Source: Magnetococcales bacterium (lineage in GTDB: Bacteria > Pseudomonadota > Magnetococcia > Magnetococcales > UBA8363). From it: a stretch of DNA of 64,000 nucleotides. A program made the position numbers and the translations under genes. Positions 1 to 9,433 of this stretch are shown in pieces; positions within the stretch are counted from its first letter, which is position 1, and every line of letters starts with the position of its first letter. A model generated the notes under the pieces. That model worked only from the letters and a program-made list of their open reading frames with translations, was not told where the DNA came from and did not search any database. The stretch is from NCBI GenBank assembly GCA_015660855.1, contig JACSDG010000027.1:5305-69304 (forward strand), read 5' to 3'.

Positions 1-2
1 TG

Positions 3-191
3 CTGACCATCTTGCACAATGACATGCGGACCATCTTCGAGCGTTACATGAGTACCCAGCGCAAGCAGATTGTCGCCGCCTTTGAGAATTGGTGGGACAA
101 GTATCGGGTGACCCTGACCGAGATCGAGAGTAAGCGAGATGCGGCGGCAGAGGCATTGCGGGGGTTTTTGAAGGGTCTCGGTTATGTGTGA
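3..191 (+). CDS. hsdM: Type I R-M methyltransferase subunit HsdM, C-terminal fragment (5' end outside window)
   Basis: Own translation of frame 3: ...AAFENWWDKYRVTLTEIESKRDAAAEALRGFLKGLGYV*. This looks like the helical C-terminal tail of HsdM. The stop at 189-191 overlaps the hsdS ATG at 184 (ATGTGTGA). Operon context with hsdS/hsdR. Confidence 0.7.
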   Translation: MTILHNDMRTIFERYMSTQRKQIVAAFENWWDKYRVTLTEIESKRDAAAEALRGFLKGLGYV

Positions 192-1482
192 CTCATCGCA
201 TCACTTTCTACCAAAAGGCTGGAAGTCAACCACTTTGGGTGAAGTCGCTGAATGTACGCTTGGGGGCACCCCATCAACAGAGGTACCGCAATTTTGGGGA
301 GGGTGCATTCCCTGGATGGCATCAGGAGATGTGCATTTGCGTAGAGTTTATGACGTACCTGGTCGCATAACTGAATCAGGACTTGCTGCTTCGAACGCAA
401 CTCTAACACCACCCCCTGCGGTCGCAGTGGGTCTTGCTGGTCAGGGAAAGACTCGTGGAACTGTTGCTCTAACGCTTTGTACATTAAGCACAAACCAGTC
501 TATTGCGCTATTGTGTGGCAACGCAACTGAGCTACAGACCGAGTACCTATTTCACAACTTGGATCTTAGGTATGAGGAACTGCGCGCTCGATCGTCTGGC
601 GGTGGTCGCGGAGGTCTATCAAAAACGATTTTGACATCGATACCGATCGACCTACCACAGATAGATGAACAAAGCCGAATTACGCAAATCCTCGACACCC
701 TCGACACCGCCATCCGTGAAACCGAGGCGATTATCGCCAAGCTCAAGGCCGTCAAGCAGGGCATGCTGCACGACCTGCTGACGCGAGGGCTGGACGCCAA
801 CGGCGAACTGCGCCCACCCCAAGCCGAGGCCCCGCATCTCTACAAGGAGTCGCCACTGGGGTGGATTCCAAAGGAGTGGGAAACAAAGCAGCTTGGGGAA
901 CTGGCGGAAGTATCGCGGGGTAAATTTACTCATCGACCGAGAAATGATCCGGCCTTTTTTGGCGGACTGTATCCGTTTATCCAGACGGGAGACGTTGCGG
1001 CTGCGCATGGAGAGTATATATCGACTTACTCGCAAACCCTCAGTGAGCGAGGCATTACGGTAAGTCAGGAATTTCCAGCCGGAACCATTGCCGTTACAAT
1101 CGCAGCCAATATTGCAGATACAGCGATATTAGCTTGCCCGATGTACTTTCCAGATAGCGTTGTCGGCGTAGTCGCATGCCCTGGAAATAACATTAGATTT
1201 ATCGAGTTGTCGATTCGACAGGCAAAGAGAACCCTGGATGCGCGAGCACCTCAAAGTGCTCAAAAAAACATCAATCTCCAAGACTTGCGTCCATTGATCG
1301 TCGCATTGCCTAACAAGCCTGAGCAGGATAAAATTGCAAAGCATTATGAAGCGATCCAATCCCGAATCATCAAAGAGCAAATCTTTGCTGACAAATTGCG
1401 CAAAAAGAAATCCGGCCTCATGGACGACCTCCTAACCGGTCGCGTCCGCGTCACGCCCCTGCTGGAAGGCTCTCCCCCATGA
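184..1482 (+). CDS. hsdS: Type I restriction enzyme specificity subunit HsdS (two target-recognition domains)
   Basis: 432-aa ORF. It has the central conserved spacer (IAKLKAVKQGMLHDLLTRGLD) and the repeated C-terminal spacer (LRKKKSGLMDDLLTGRVRV) typical of HsdS. Located between hsdM and hsdR. Confidence 0.9.
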   Translation: MCDSSHHFLPKGWKSTTLGEVAECTLGGTPSTEVPQFWGGCIPWMASGDVHLRRVYDVPGRITESGLAASNATLTPPPAVAVGLAGQGKTRGTVALTLCTLSTNQSIALLCGNATELQTEYLFHNLDLRYEELRARSSGGGRGGLSKTILTSIPIDLPQIDEQSRITQILDTLDTAIRETEAIIAKLKAVKQGMLHDLLTRGLDANGELRPPQAEAPHLYKESPLGWIPKEWETKQLGELAEVSRGKFTHRPRNDPAFFGGLYPFIQTGDVAAAHGEYISTYSQTLSERGITVSQEFPAGTIAVTIAANIADTAILACPMYFPDSVVGVVACPGNNIRFIELSIRQAKRTLDARAPQSAQKNINLQDLRPLIVALPNKPEQDKIAKHYEAIQSRIIKEQIFADKLRKKKSGLMDDLLTGRVRVTPLLEGSPP

Positions 1483-2537
1483 CCAACCCTCCCCCTGCCT
1501 CGCTCATCCCGCCGCCCAACGGTTACGCCGACTGGCTGGCCGAGTTGAAATCCCGTATCCACACGGCCCAGCAACGGGCGACACTGGCGGTCAACCGGGA
1601 ATTGGTGCTGCTTTACTGGCAAATCGGGCGCGACATTCTGGAGCGACAGGCTCGGGAGGGCTGGGGGAGCAAGGTGATTGAGCGGTTGGCGCATGATCTG
1701 CGCACCGCCTTTCCGGACATAAAAGGCTTTTCCACCCGGAATCTGAAATACATGCGTGCCTTTGCCGAGGCGTGGCCAGAGACCGAATTTGTGCAGCAGG
1801 CTGCTGCACAATTGCCGTGGTTCCACTTATGTACCTTGATCGACAAGCTGAAAACCCGCGCTGAACGGGATTGGTATCTGGCCAAAGCCGTGGAGCATAA
1901 CTGGTCACGCAATATTCTGGTAATACAAATTGAAGTCAATGCGCGTGGTCGATCCGGCCAAGCAGTAAACAATTTTGCACTATGTCTGCCCAAACCGCAA
2001 TCCGATCTGGCGCGGGAATCCTTGAAGGATCCGTACCGCTTCGATTTTCTTGGATTAACCAATGAAGCGCAAGAACGCGAAATCGAATCAGCCCTGGTGC
2101 AACACGTCACCCGCTTTCTGCTGGAACTGGGCGCGGGCTTTGCCTTTGTCGGGCGGCAGGTGCTGCTGGAGGTTGGCGACGATGATTTTTTTATCGACCT
2201 GCTATTTTACCATCTCAAGCTGCACTGTTATGTGGTAATCGAGCTTAAGGGGGGAAAATTCAAGCCAGAACACTTGGGACAATTGGGCTTTTATCTGACC
2301 GCCGTGGATGCGCAGGTCAAGAGCGAACAGGACGCCCCCACCATCGGCCTGCTGCTGTGCAAGAGCAAAAACAAGGTGGTGGCCGAGTACGCGCTGCGAG
2401 ACAGTGCCCAACCCATGGGGGTGGCCGAATATCAATTGCTGGAAAACCTGCCAACGGAATTGCAAACCAGCCTGCCGAGCATCGAGCAAATTGAACGGGA
2501 GTTGGCCGGTCTGCCGGACGATGCCGACGAGACTTAA
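1479..2537 (+). CDS. YhcG-like PD-(D/E)XK nuclease domain protein (DUF1016 family)
   Basis: 352-aa ORF whose ATG overlaps the hsdS stop (ATGA). The C-terminal core FFIDLLFYHLKLHCYVVIELKGGKFKPEHLGQLGFYL matches the D...E-x-K signature and context of DUF1016/YhcG proteins often embedded in type I R-M loci. Confidence 0.8.
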   Translation: MTNPPPASLIPPPNGYADWLAELKSRIHTAQQRATLAVNRELVLLYWQIGRDILERQAREGWGSKVIERLAHDLRTAFPDIKGFSTRNLKYMRAFAEAWPETEFVQQAAAQLPWFHLCTLIDKLKTRAERDWYLAKAVEHNWSRNILVIQIEVNARGRSGQAVNNFALCLPKPQSDLARESLKDPYRFDFLGLTNEAQEREIESALVQHVTRFLLELGAGFAFVGRQVLLEVGDDDFFIDLLFYHLKLHCYVVIELKGGKFKPEHLGQLGFYLTAVDAQVKSEQDAPTIGLLLCKSKNKVVAEYALRDSAQPMGVAEYQLLENLPTELQTSLPSIEQIERELAGLPDDADET

Positions 2538-2549
2538 GGGAGAAGGCTG

Positions 2550-5500
2550 ATGGGTTGGGAACTCGACGAGGTGGAAAAACCCTTTATCGCCCAGTTACAA
2601 AAACTGGGCTGGCAGCCTATCGAAGGCAGCCTGGACGATCCGCCCGTCACCCACCGCAGCAGTTTTACCGAGGTGATTCAGGAAAATGTACTGCGTGGGC
2701 AACTGCGTACCCTCAACCCCGGGCCGGACGGTCTGCCCTGGCTGGACGATGCCCGCATCTCTGAAGCGGTGGCGGCCATCACCCGATTGGGCACCCACAA
2801 ACTGATGGAGGCCAATGCCAGGGCCACAGAACTGTTGATCAAGGGGCTGACGGTGGAGGGTTTGCCGGGTTGGGACGGCGGGCGGGGCCGGACCATTTGC
2901 TATATCGATTGGGAGAATGCCAGCAACAACCAATTCACGGTCGTCAACCAATACCGGGTGGATTGCCTGCCCGGTTTCAACAGTGCCAAGGCGTTCATTG
3001 TCCCCGATTTGGTGCTGCTGGTGAATGGCTTGCCGCTGGTGGTGGTCGAGTGCAAAAGCCCCTCCATCCCGGAACCTCTGGCGGCAGCCGTAGACCAATT
3101 GCGCCGCTACAGCAACCAACGCCGCGCTGCCTTCGAGGTGAAGGAGAACGAAGGCAGTGAAGCCCTATTTGCCACCAACCAACTGCTGGTAGCCACCAGC
3201 CTTGACGCGGCCAGGGTGGGGTGTGTGGGTGCCCTTTTCGAGCATTTCGCCCAGTGGAAAACAGTGGTGGACCCGAACGGCTCGGGCAGCGAGTTGGAGG
3301 TGGCCACCAGCCTGGACCGCCCCACACTCTCCGAACAGGAGCGACTGATCGCTGGCCTGCTCGCCCCCACCCACCTGCTGGATGTGGTTCGCAACTTCAT
3401 GCTGTTCACGCAAAGCGACGGACAAACCATCAAGATGGTCTGCCGCTACCAGCAATACCGGGCGGTCAACCGGGCAATTGCCCGGCTCAAGAGCGGTCAA
3501 ACCCGTTTGCAACACGGCGAGTATGACCAGCGCGGCGGCATTATCTGGCATACCCAGGGGTCGGGTAAGTCGCTGACGATGGTGTTTCTGGTGCGCAAAA
3601 TGCGCAGGGATGCCCAGTTGCGCCGCTTCAAGGTGATGGTCATCACCGACCGCAAAGATCTGCAACGCCAATTGTCGGGAACCGCCACCCTGACCGGCGA
3701 AACGGTCGAAGTGGCCGACAGCACCACAGGCATCCAGGCCCTGGCGCGGCGCAAAGGTCCGGGGCTGATCTTTGCCACCATCCAGAAATACCGGGACAAC
3801 GATACCGCAGACGAGACACCGCCGACGGGAGAAGCCGCTTCGGTTCTTGCCAATAAAACCAAAGCCAAGAAAAAGCACAAGGCCAAAGAACAATTTGAGA
3901 TTTTGAACGAAGACGACAGCATTCTGGTACTGGTGGACGAGGCCCATCGTACCCAGGCGGGTGATCTCCACGCCAGCCTGCTGGCGGGTTTGCCCAACTG
4001 CGCCCGCATCGGCTTCACAGGCACCCCGATCATTATGGGCGAAAAAAAACGCACCCATGCCATCTTTGGCGCGTTCATCGACCGCTACACCCTCAAGGAA
4101 TCCGAAGCCGATGGGGCAACGGTGCCGGTGCTCTACGAAGGCCGCACCGCGCAGGGCGCAATCAAGGACGGTGCCAGCCTGGACGAATTGTTCGAGGATC
4201 TGTTCCGCCAGCACACGCCCGCCGAGTTGGAAGCGATCAAGCGAAAGTATGCCACCAGAGGCCACATCTTTGATGCCCCGGCACTCATCGCCGAAAAGGC
4301 ACGCGACATCCTCCGTCATTATGTGACCAACATTCTGCCCAACGGCTACAAGGCCCAGGTGGTGGCCTACAGCCGACTGGCAGCACTTCGCTATTTTGCG
4401 GCCTTGAAGCAGGCCCGCGACGAATTGCTGGCGGAAGCTGCGGCCCTGCCCGCCCTAGACAAGATAATGGACGACGAGGCCTTATGCCAACGCCCGCCCA
4501 GGGTACAGGCCGTGGTGCAGGCCTGGCGTTACCGCGACACCCTCGCCAAAATCGAGTTTGCGCCCATCATCTCTGGCAGCAACAACGACGATTCGGCATG
4601 GAAACCATGGACCGAAGGCACAGCCCAGGAGCAGTTGATCAAACGCTTCAAAAAGCCGCTGTCGCACGACAAACCGGACAAGGCTGACCCGTTGGCATTT
4701 TTGGTGGTCAAGTCGATGCTGCTAACCGGCTTCGATGCCCCCATTGAGGGGGTGATGTATCTGGACCGCCCAATCCGCGAAGCCGAATTGTTGCAGGCCA
4801 TTGCCCGCGTCAACCGTACCGGCTTTGGTAAGCGGTGTGGTATCGTGGTGGATTATTATGGGGTGGCCCGGCATCTGCGGGATGCCCTGGTTGCCTATGC
4901 CGAGGAAGATTTGGAGGGCACGCTCGCCAGTCTGAAAGATGAAATACCGGTACTGCGTGCCCGGCATCTGCGGGTGGTGGATCTGTTCCGGCAACAGGGG
5001 ATCGACTCCCTGGATGACGCGGAAGCCTGCATTGAGGCCCTGGGCAGTGAAAAGCTGCGTGCCGAGTTTTCGGTCAAGCTTAGGGAGTTTCTGGCCTCCA
5101 TGGACACGGTCCTGCCCCGGCCTGAGGGATTGCCCTTTGCCCGCGATGCCAAGCGACTGGCCTTCATCTACGACCGCGCCCGCAATCGCTACAAAGACAC
5201 GCCGGTTCTGGGCAAGGATGTGGGTGCCAAAGTGCGCAAACTGATCGATGATCATCTGATCTCGCTGGGTATCGATCCGAAAATTCCGCCGATCCAACTC
5301 ACCGATGCCGAGTTTGATACCCACTTGGCCAGTGCCGCCAACGACCGGGCCAAGGCTTCCGAGATGGAACACGCAATCCGCTCCCACATTCGCAAGCATC
5401 TGGATGAAGACCCGGTGCGGTTTCGCAAGCTGTCGGAACATCTGGACAAGATCCTGCAAAACCTGGGCAAGGAGTGGGACGCGCTGATTGCGCAACTGCA

Positions 5501-5882
5501 AAAGATGATCGACGAACTGCGCGTGGAGACCACCCGCGACGACACCACACCGGAGAATCTGCCTGAACACTATGCGCCCTTCCTGCGCACCGTGCTGGAT
5601 GTGGTGTATGGAGAGCAAATACCCGCCCCGGACGCACTGTTTCGCATAAAAGATGTGGCGGTCGAACTGGTAGATGGGTTGGTGCAGGAGCTGCAAAACA
5701 ACCGGGACATCTGGCAACCGCACCGGCGAGCTGCGCAGGAGGAACTGAATGGTTATCTGTTCGACCATCTGATGCGTCTGCGTCCGCCTCTGGTCGATAC
5801 CGACTTGGCGGGGGTGCTGGCCGACCGGTTGATGGAACAGGCCCGCGCCAATCATGACAAGCTGATACAGGTGTATGAATGA
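2550..5882 (+). CDS. hsdR: Type I restriction enzyme endonuclease/translocase subunit HsdR
   Basis: 1110-aa ORF. N-terminal nuclease motif PDLVLLVNGLPLVVVECKSP. Helicase motif I HTQGSGKSLTMVF, DEAH box LVLVDEAHRTQ, motif VI QAIARVNR. RBS-like GGGAGAAGG lies upstream. Confidence 0.95.
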   Translation: MGWELDEVEKPFIAQLQKLGWQPIEGSLDDPPVTHRSSFTEVIQENVLRGQLRTLNPGPDGLPWLDDARISEAVAAITRLGTHKLMEANARATELLIKGLTVEGLPGWDGGRGRTICYIDWENASNNQFTVVNQYRVDCLPGFNSAKAFIVPDLVLLVNGLPLVVVECKSPSIPEPLAAAVDQLRRYSNQRRAAFEVKENEGSEALFATNQLLVATSLDAARVGCVGALFEHFAQWKTVVDPNGSGSELEVATSLDRPTLSEQERLIAGLLAPTHLLDVVRNFMLFTQSDGQTIKMVCRYQQYRAVNRAIARLKSGQTRLQHGEYDQRGGIIWHTQGSGKSLTMVFLVRKMRRDAQLRRFKVMVITDRKDLQRQLSGTATLTGETVEVADSTTGIQALARRKGPGLIFATIQKYRDNDTADETPPTGEAASVLANKTKAKKKHKAKEQFEILNEDDSILVLVDEAHRTQAGDLHASLLAGLPNCARIGFTGTPIIMGEKKRTHAIFGAFIDRYTLKESEADGATVPVLYEGRTAQGAIKDGASLDELFEDLFRQHTPAELEAIKRKYATRGHIFDAPALIAEKARDILRHYVTNILPNGYKAQVVAYSRLAALRYFAALKQARDELLAEAAALPALDKIMDDEALCQRPPRVQAVVQAWRYRDTLAKIEFAPIISGSNNDDSAWKPWTEGTAQEQLIKRFKKPLSHDKPDKADPLAFLVVKSMLLTGFDAPIEGVMYLDRPIREAELLQAIARVNRTGFGKRCGIVVDYYGVARHLRDALVAYAEEDLEGTLASLKDEIPVLRARHLRVVDLFRQQGIDSLDDAEACIEALGSEKLRAEFSVKLREFLASMDTVLPRPEGLPFARDAKRLAFIYDRARNRYKDTPVLGKDVGAKVRKLIDDHLISLGIDPKIPPIQLTDAEFDTHLASAANDRAKASEMEHAIRSHIRKHLDEDPVRFRKLSEHLDKILQNLGKEWDALIAQLQKMIDELRVETTRDDTTPENLPEHYAPFLRTVLDVVYGEQIPAPDALFRIKDVAVELVDGLVQELQNNRDIWQPHRRAAQEELNGYLFDHLMRLRPPLVDTDLAGVLADRLMEQARANHDKLIQVYE

Positions 5883-6628
5883 TACCGGAACCGGTACGGT
5901 CGTGCGACACGCCACCCGCTGTGGTGGGTAACAGCCTGACTGTGGATGATCTGCAATTCACCCTCCGGCGCAGCCTGCGCCGCCGGACGCTACAGATTAC
6001 GGTGGAACGCGATGGTAAACTGGTGTTGAGCAGCCCACCAGATGTGGATGCGGCTAGGCTGGAAGCCTTTGTCCTGGAAAAACGGTTTTGGATCTATACC
6101 AAACTGGCCGAGAAAAAACAGTTGCGGCGGTGTGTGCCCACCAAAGAATATGTGGATGGCGAGGGTTTTTTCTATCTTGGACGCAGCTATCGGTTGCGAC
6201 TGGTGGACGGGCAGTGTGTGCCGGTTAAACTGCTGCATGGCCGCTTCCTGTTGCGCCGAGATTTGGTTGAGGATGGGCGCAACCATCTAATCCAGTGGTA
6301 CAGCAACCATGCCAAGGGATGGCTGTGGGGCAAAGCCCAGGAGTACCTGACGCGCATGGAAGTCAAGCCTGCGGGGATAAAAGTGCAGGATCTGGGCTAT
6401 CGCTGGGGATCCTGCGGGAAGGGCGACTGGCTCTATTTCCACTGGAAAACCATCCTGCTGCCAGCGCACATTGCCGAATATGTGGTGGTACATGAACTCG
6501 CACACCTGCACCAACCCCATCACACCCCGGAGTTCTGGCTGCGCGTTGAACGCGCCATGCCCGACTTCGAGCGACGGAAAATCTGGCTGGCGGAACACGG
6601 CATAGAGGTGGAAGGCATTTGGACATGA
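5879..6628 (+). CDS. DUF45/YgjP-like zinc metallopeptidase (M48-like, HExxH)
   Basis: 249-aa ORF whose ATG overlaps the hsdR stop (ATGA). HExxH motif in VVHELAHLHQPHHTPEFW. This family commonly terminates type I R-M operons. Confidence 0.85.
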   Translation: MIPEPVRSCDTPPAVVGNSLTVDDLQFTLRRSLRRRTLQITVERDGKLVLSSPPDVDAARLEAFVLEKRFWIYTKLAEKKQLRRCVPTKEYVDGEGFFYLGRSYRLRLVDGQCVPVKLLHGRFLLRRDLVEDGRNHLIQWYSNHAKGWLWGKAQEYLTRMEVKPAGIKVQDLGYRWGSCGKGDWLYFHWKTILLPAHIAEYVVVHELAHLHQPHHTPEFWLRVERAMPDFERRKIWLAEHGIEVEGIWT

Positions 6629-6636
6629 GGCCCTTA

Positions 6637-6820
6637 GGGCAAAAAAACAAAATCAAAACCCTGGGGCTGCGCCCCTAGCCCCCCCTTGGGGGGCAGTAAA
6701 ATCAAAGTCAAAGTCAAAAGAAAAACCTTGGTGGGCTGCCGCCTCTAAACCGCAGTACGGGGGGGATGATCCCCCCGCAACCCCCGCAGAAATTTTCGCC
6801 AAACCTTGATTTTTCCGATA
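6637..6820. repeat. Modular intergenic repeat, reverse orientation (modules F-C-B-A)
   Basis: It fills the convergent gap between the DUF45 gene and rne. 6641-6720 is the reverse complement of 39556-39645. 6721-6820 is the reverse complement of the element seen at 51657-51760 and 52117-52205. Confidence 0.9.
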
Positions 6821-6822
6821 CA

Positions 6823-9232
6823 TCAATGAGAATCGTTGGCATCGGAAGAGATCGGACTGTCGTTCAAAAACACATGCTGGTCCTGGAACTCCTGATTTTC
6901 CGTTTCCTGGGAAACAGCCCCCCGAGATGGCAACGGATCAGAATTTCCAATATTATTTCCCACATCCCCCTCTTCCCTGGCTCCGGCAACGAAACCCGGT
7001 TTTCTGCGCCCCCTGCCCCGACCACCACGACGCGGCCGCTTGCGCTTGGCAGCGACATCTCCCTTGTTGGACTGCCCCAAACCGGGATCATGGGCGTGCG
7101 GCCCAAGTTCCTGATCCTGGTCATCATCTTCATCGTCATCATCGGCAGACAGAGAACTCGATTCCCCGGTCGGTTTGCTATTGACATCATGCAGGGTGTA
7201 GAGACCGGGAAAACGCATGGCCAAAGCTTCCACATGGCGCATATCCTGCTGTGGCGTTGGTGGTACTTCGTTCTGACCACCATTGACCGTCTCCGAACCA
7301 CCCTGGCTGGCCTCGGTTGTCGGCGTCGCCAAAGCCTCGGGGGATCCAGGAATTTTCTTGCGCCGCCGCCTGCGCCGACGTTTCTTCTTCCCCGCTTCGC
7401 TGGACTCGGAAGTGACAGACTCCCGATTTTCGCTAACTTTGGCAGGCTCAACCTTAACCTCAACCGACTCCACTTCCTCCGGTGGACTGACAACCTTGAC
7501 CTTTTCGTCCCGAACTTTGTCTTTTTTGGATCTTTCCATATGGTTGGTATTGAATTCGGGAGGTTGCAGACGCATGTCGGCGTGGATGCCGAGCGTCACC
7601 TGGTTGGTCTCTTCCAACCGCACCAGGGAGGCACGCTTATGGTTGAAAAGATAATTGGCCACCTCTGGAGAAACCTGGTAGTTGAAAACGCCATATTTCC
7701 CCTGGGCAACATCTTCCTCGATGCAACGAAACGTATAGACGGCGGCGGATTCAACCGACCGGATGGTGCCCAACCCCTTGCAACGGGGACATTCGATGCG
7801 GTTGGTCTCGTTGAAGGTGGGCCGCAGGCGTTGACGTGACAATTCCAAAAGGCCAAACTGGGAAATGCGCCCAATCTGCACTTTGGCGCGATCGCTCTTG
7901 AAGGCATCCTTGACCCGCTTTTCCACCTCCCCGACGTGCTTGCGATCCTCCATGTCGATAAAATCAATCACCACCAACCCCCCCAGGTCGCGCAAACGCA
8001 ACTGCCGGGCAATCTCATCAACCGCCTGAAGGTTGGTCTTGAAGGCGGTGGATTCCACATCCTTTTCACGCGTGGATCGGCCAGAATTGATGTCGATGGT
8101 CACCAAAGCCTCGGTGCCGTTCGTGCATGGTCTCAATCTGACTTTCCACCTGGTAACGGGCAAAGAGGGGGATGCTCTCCCGATAGGGTTGAACCACCTT
8201 GACATATCTGGGCATCAACAGGCGCATGAAATCCTTGCCCAAACGATAACCCTCCTGCCCTTCGATAAGAATTTCCTCCATGTCGGTGGTATAAAGATCG
8301 CGAATGGTGCGGATGATCAGATCCCCTTCCTCGTGAATCAGACAGGGAGGCTTCCTGGTCTTGGCTCCTTCCAGAATCATTTTCCACAAACGGGTGAGAT
8401 AGCTGATGTCACGGCTGAATTCACGCTTGTTGCGCTCCATTCCGGCAGTACGGATGATCAGACTCATCTCGATGGGAATGGCAAGGCTGCTCAGGATGGC
8501 TTTTAAATTTTTACGTTCGGCAACATCGGTAATTTTGCGGGAGATGCCACCGCCTCCGGGATTCTCGGGTAAAAGTACAGTATAACGACCCGCCAACGAC
8601 AGATTGGTGGTGAGAGTGGCCCCTTTGTTGCCTCGGGATTCCTTGACCACCTGCACCAACACGGTTTGACCGCGTTGCAAAAATTTTTGGATGGGGGGGG
8701 GACGACGCCGGTGTTGGCGACGGATTTCTTCCACAGGGGGCCGGTCTTCTTCCTCTTCCCCATCCCCATCCTCCGGGGGAGAAACATCGCGCTCGACGGT
8801 AGTTTCCCCTTCACCAGCTTCGGCGACGGGAGGTCCGTTTTCAGCATCGATCAGGGAGGAATCTTGAATTTCGGGAGGGACTTCGGTGACATCAACCTCT
8901 GACTCTACCTCTACCTCCCCTTCCCCTTCGTCATCGAAGGATTCTTCGGTAAACTCCACCACCGGGACTTCCTTGGCGATCAGGCCCCCGGGGGTAAAAT
9001 ATTTGGGGTGGATGTCGTTGACCGAAAGAAAACCCTGGCGTCCATCATGAAAATCGACGAAAGCCGCTTGAAGCGAAGGTTCCACCCGCGAAACCCGACC
9101 CAGATAGATGTTACCCTTAATCTGTTCCTTGTTGGCGGTTTCAATGTCAAGATCCACGAGCCGGTTGTCCTGTATGATGGCAACACGGATTTCCTCAGGG
9201 TGGGTGGCGTCCACCAGCATGCGTCTGGTCAT
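6823..9232 (-). pseudogene. rne: Ribonuclease E (rne), reading frame broken by a short internal deletion near 8112-8126
   Basis: The N-terminal ORF (9232..8066) is MTRRMLVDATHPEEIRVAII...GNIYLGRVSRVEPSLQAAFVDF... (S1 domain with a long acidic insert). The C-terminal ORF (8205..6823) carries TEALVTIDINSGRSTREKDVESTAFKTNLQAVDEIARQLRLRDLGGLVVIDFIDM plus an Arg-rich/acidic tail. The two halves are in different frames, and the segment expected between ...QIETMHER and NGTEAL (x-V-x-L-x-SGG-x-x-V-I) is absent. Confidence 0.85.
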
Positions 9233-9433
9233 TCGTTATGGTTCCTTTGTGTTCGAAGTGCCGTCCGGCCACGGGCCGATTGCGGTAATCCGCTGGCGGG
9301 CGAAGCGGCAAGGTTCTAATATGTAAAGTGCTTGGAATAAAGAAAAAAATAGGGTATGCAGGCGGGATAACCAACAGTGCGTCCGAACATTTGAGATAAT
9401 CATTCATGCAGGTCATTATAGAAAGGGTTTGTC

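Noticed and set aside
3165-5915. Long minus-strand ORFs (3165-4319, 384 aa; 4722-5915, 397 aa) inside hsdR
   Set aside because: They lie fully antisense to a strongly supported HsdR CDS. Their translations are low-complexity (Gly/Arg/His/Gln-rich) with no recognisable motifs. These are typical shadow ORFs of GC-rich coding DNA.
6766-7839. 357-aa plus-strand ORF opposite the rne C-terminal region
   Set aside because: It is the mirror image of the Arg/Asp/Glu-rich RNase E tail, it starts inside the repeat element, and it has no motifs.
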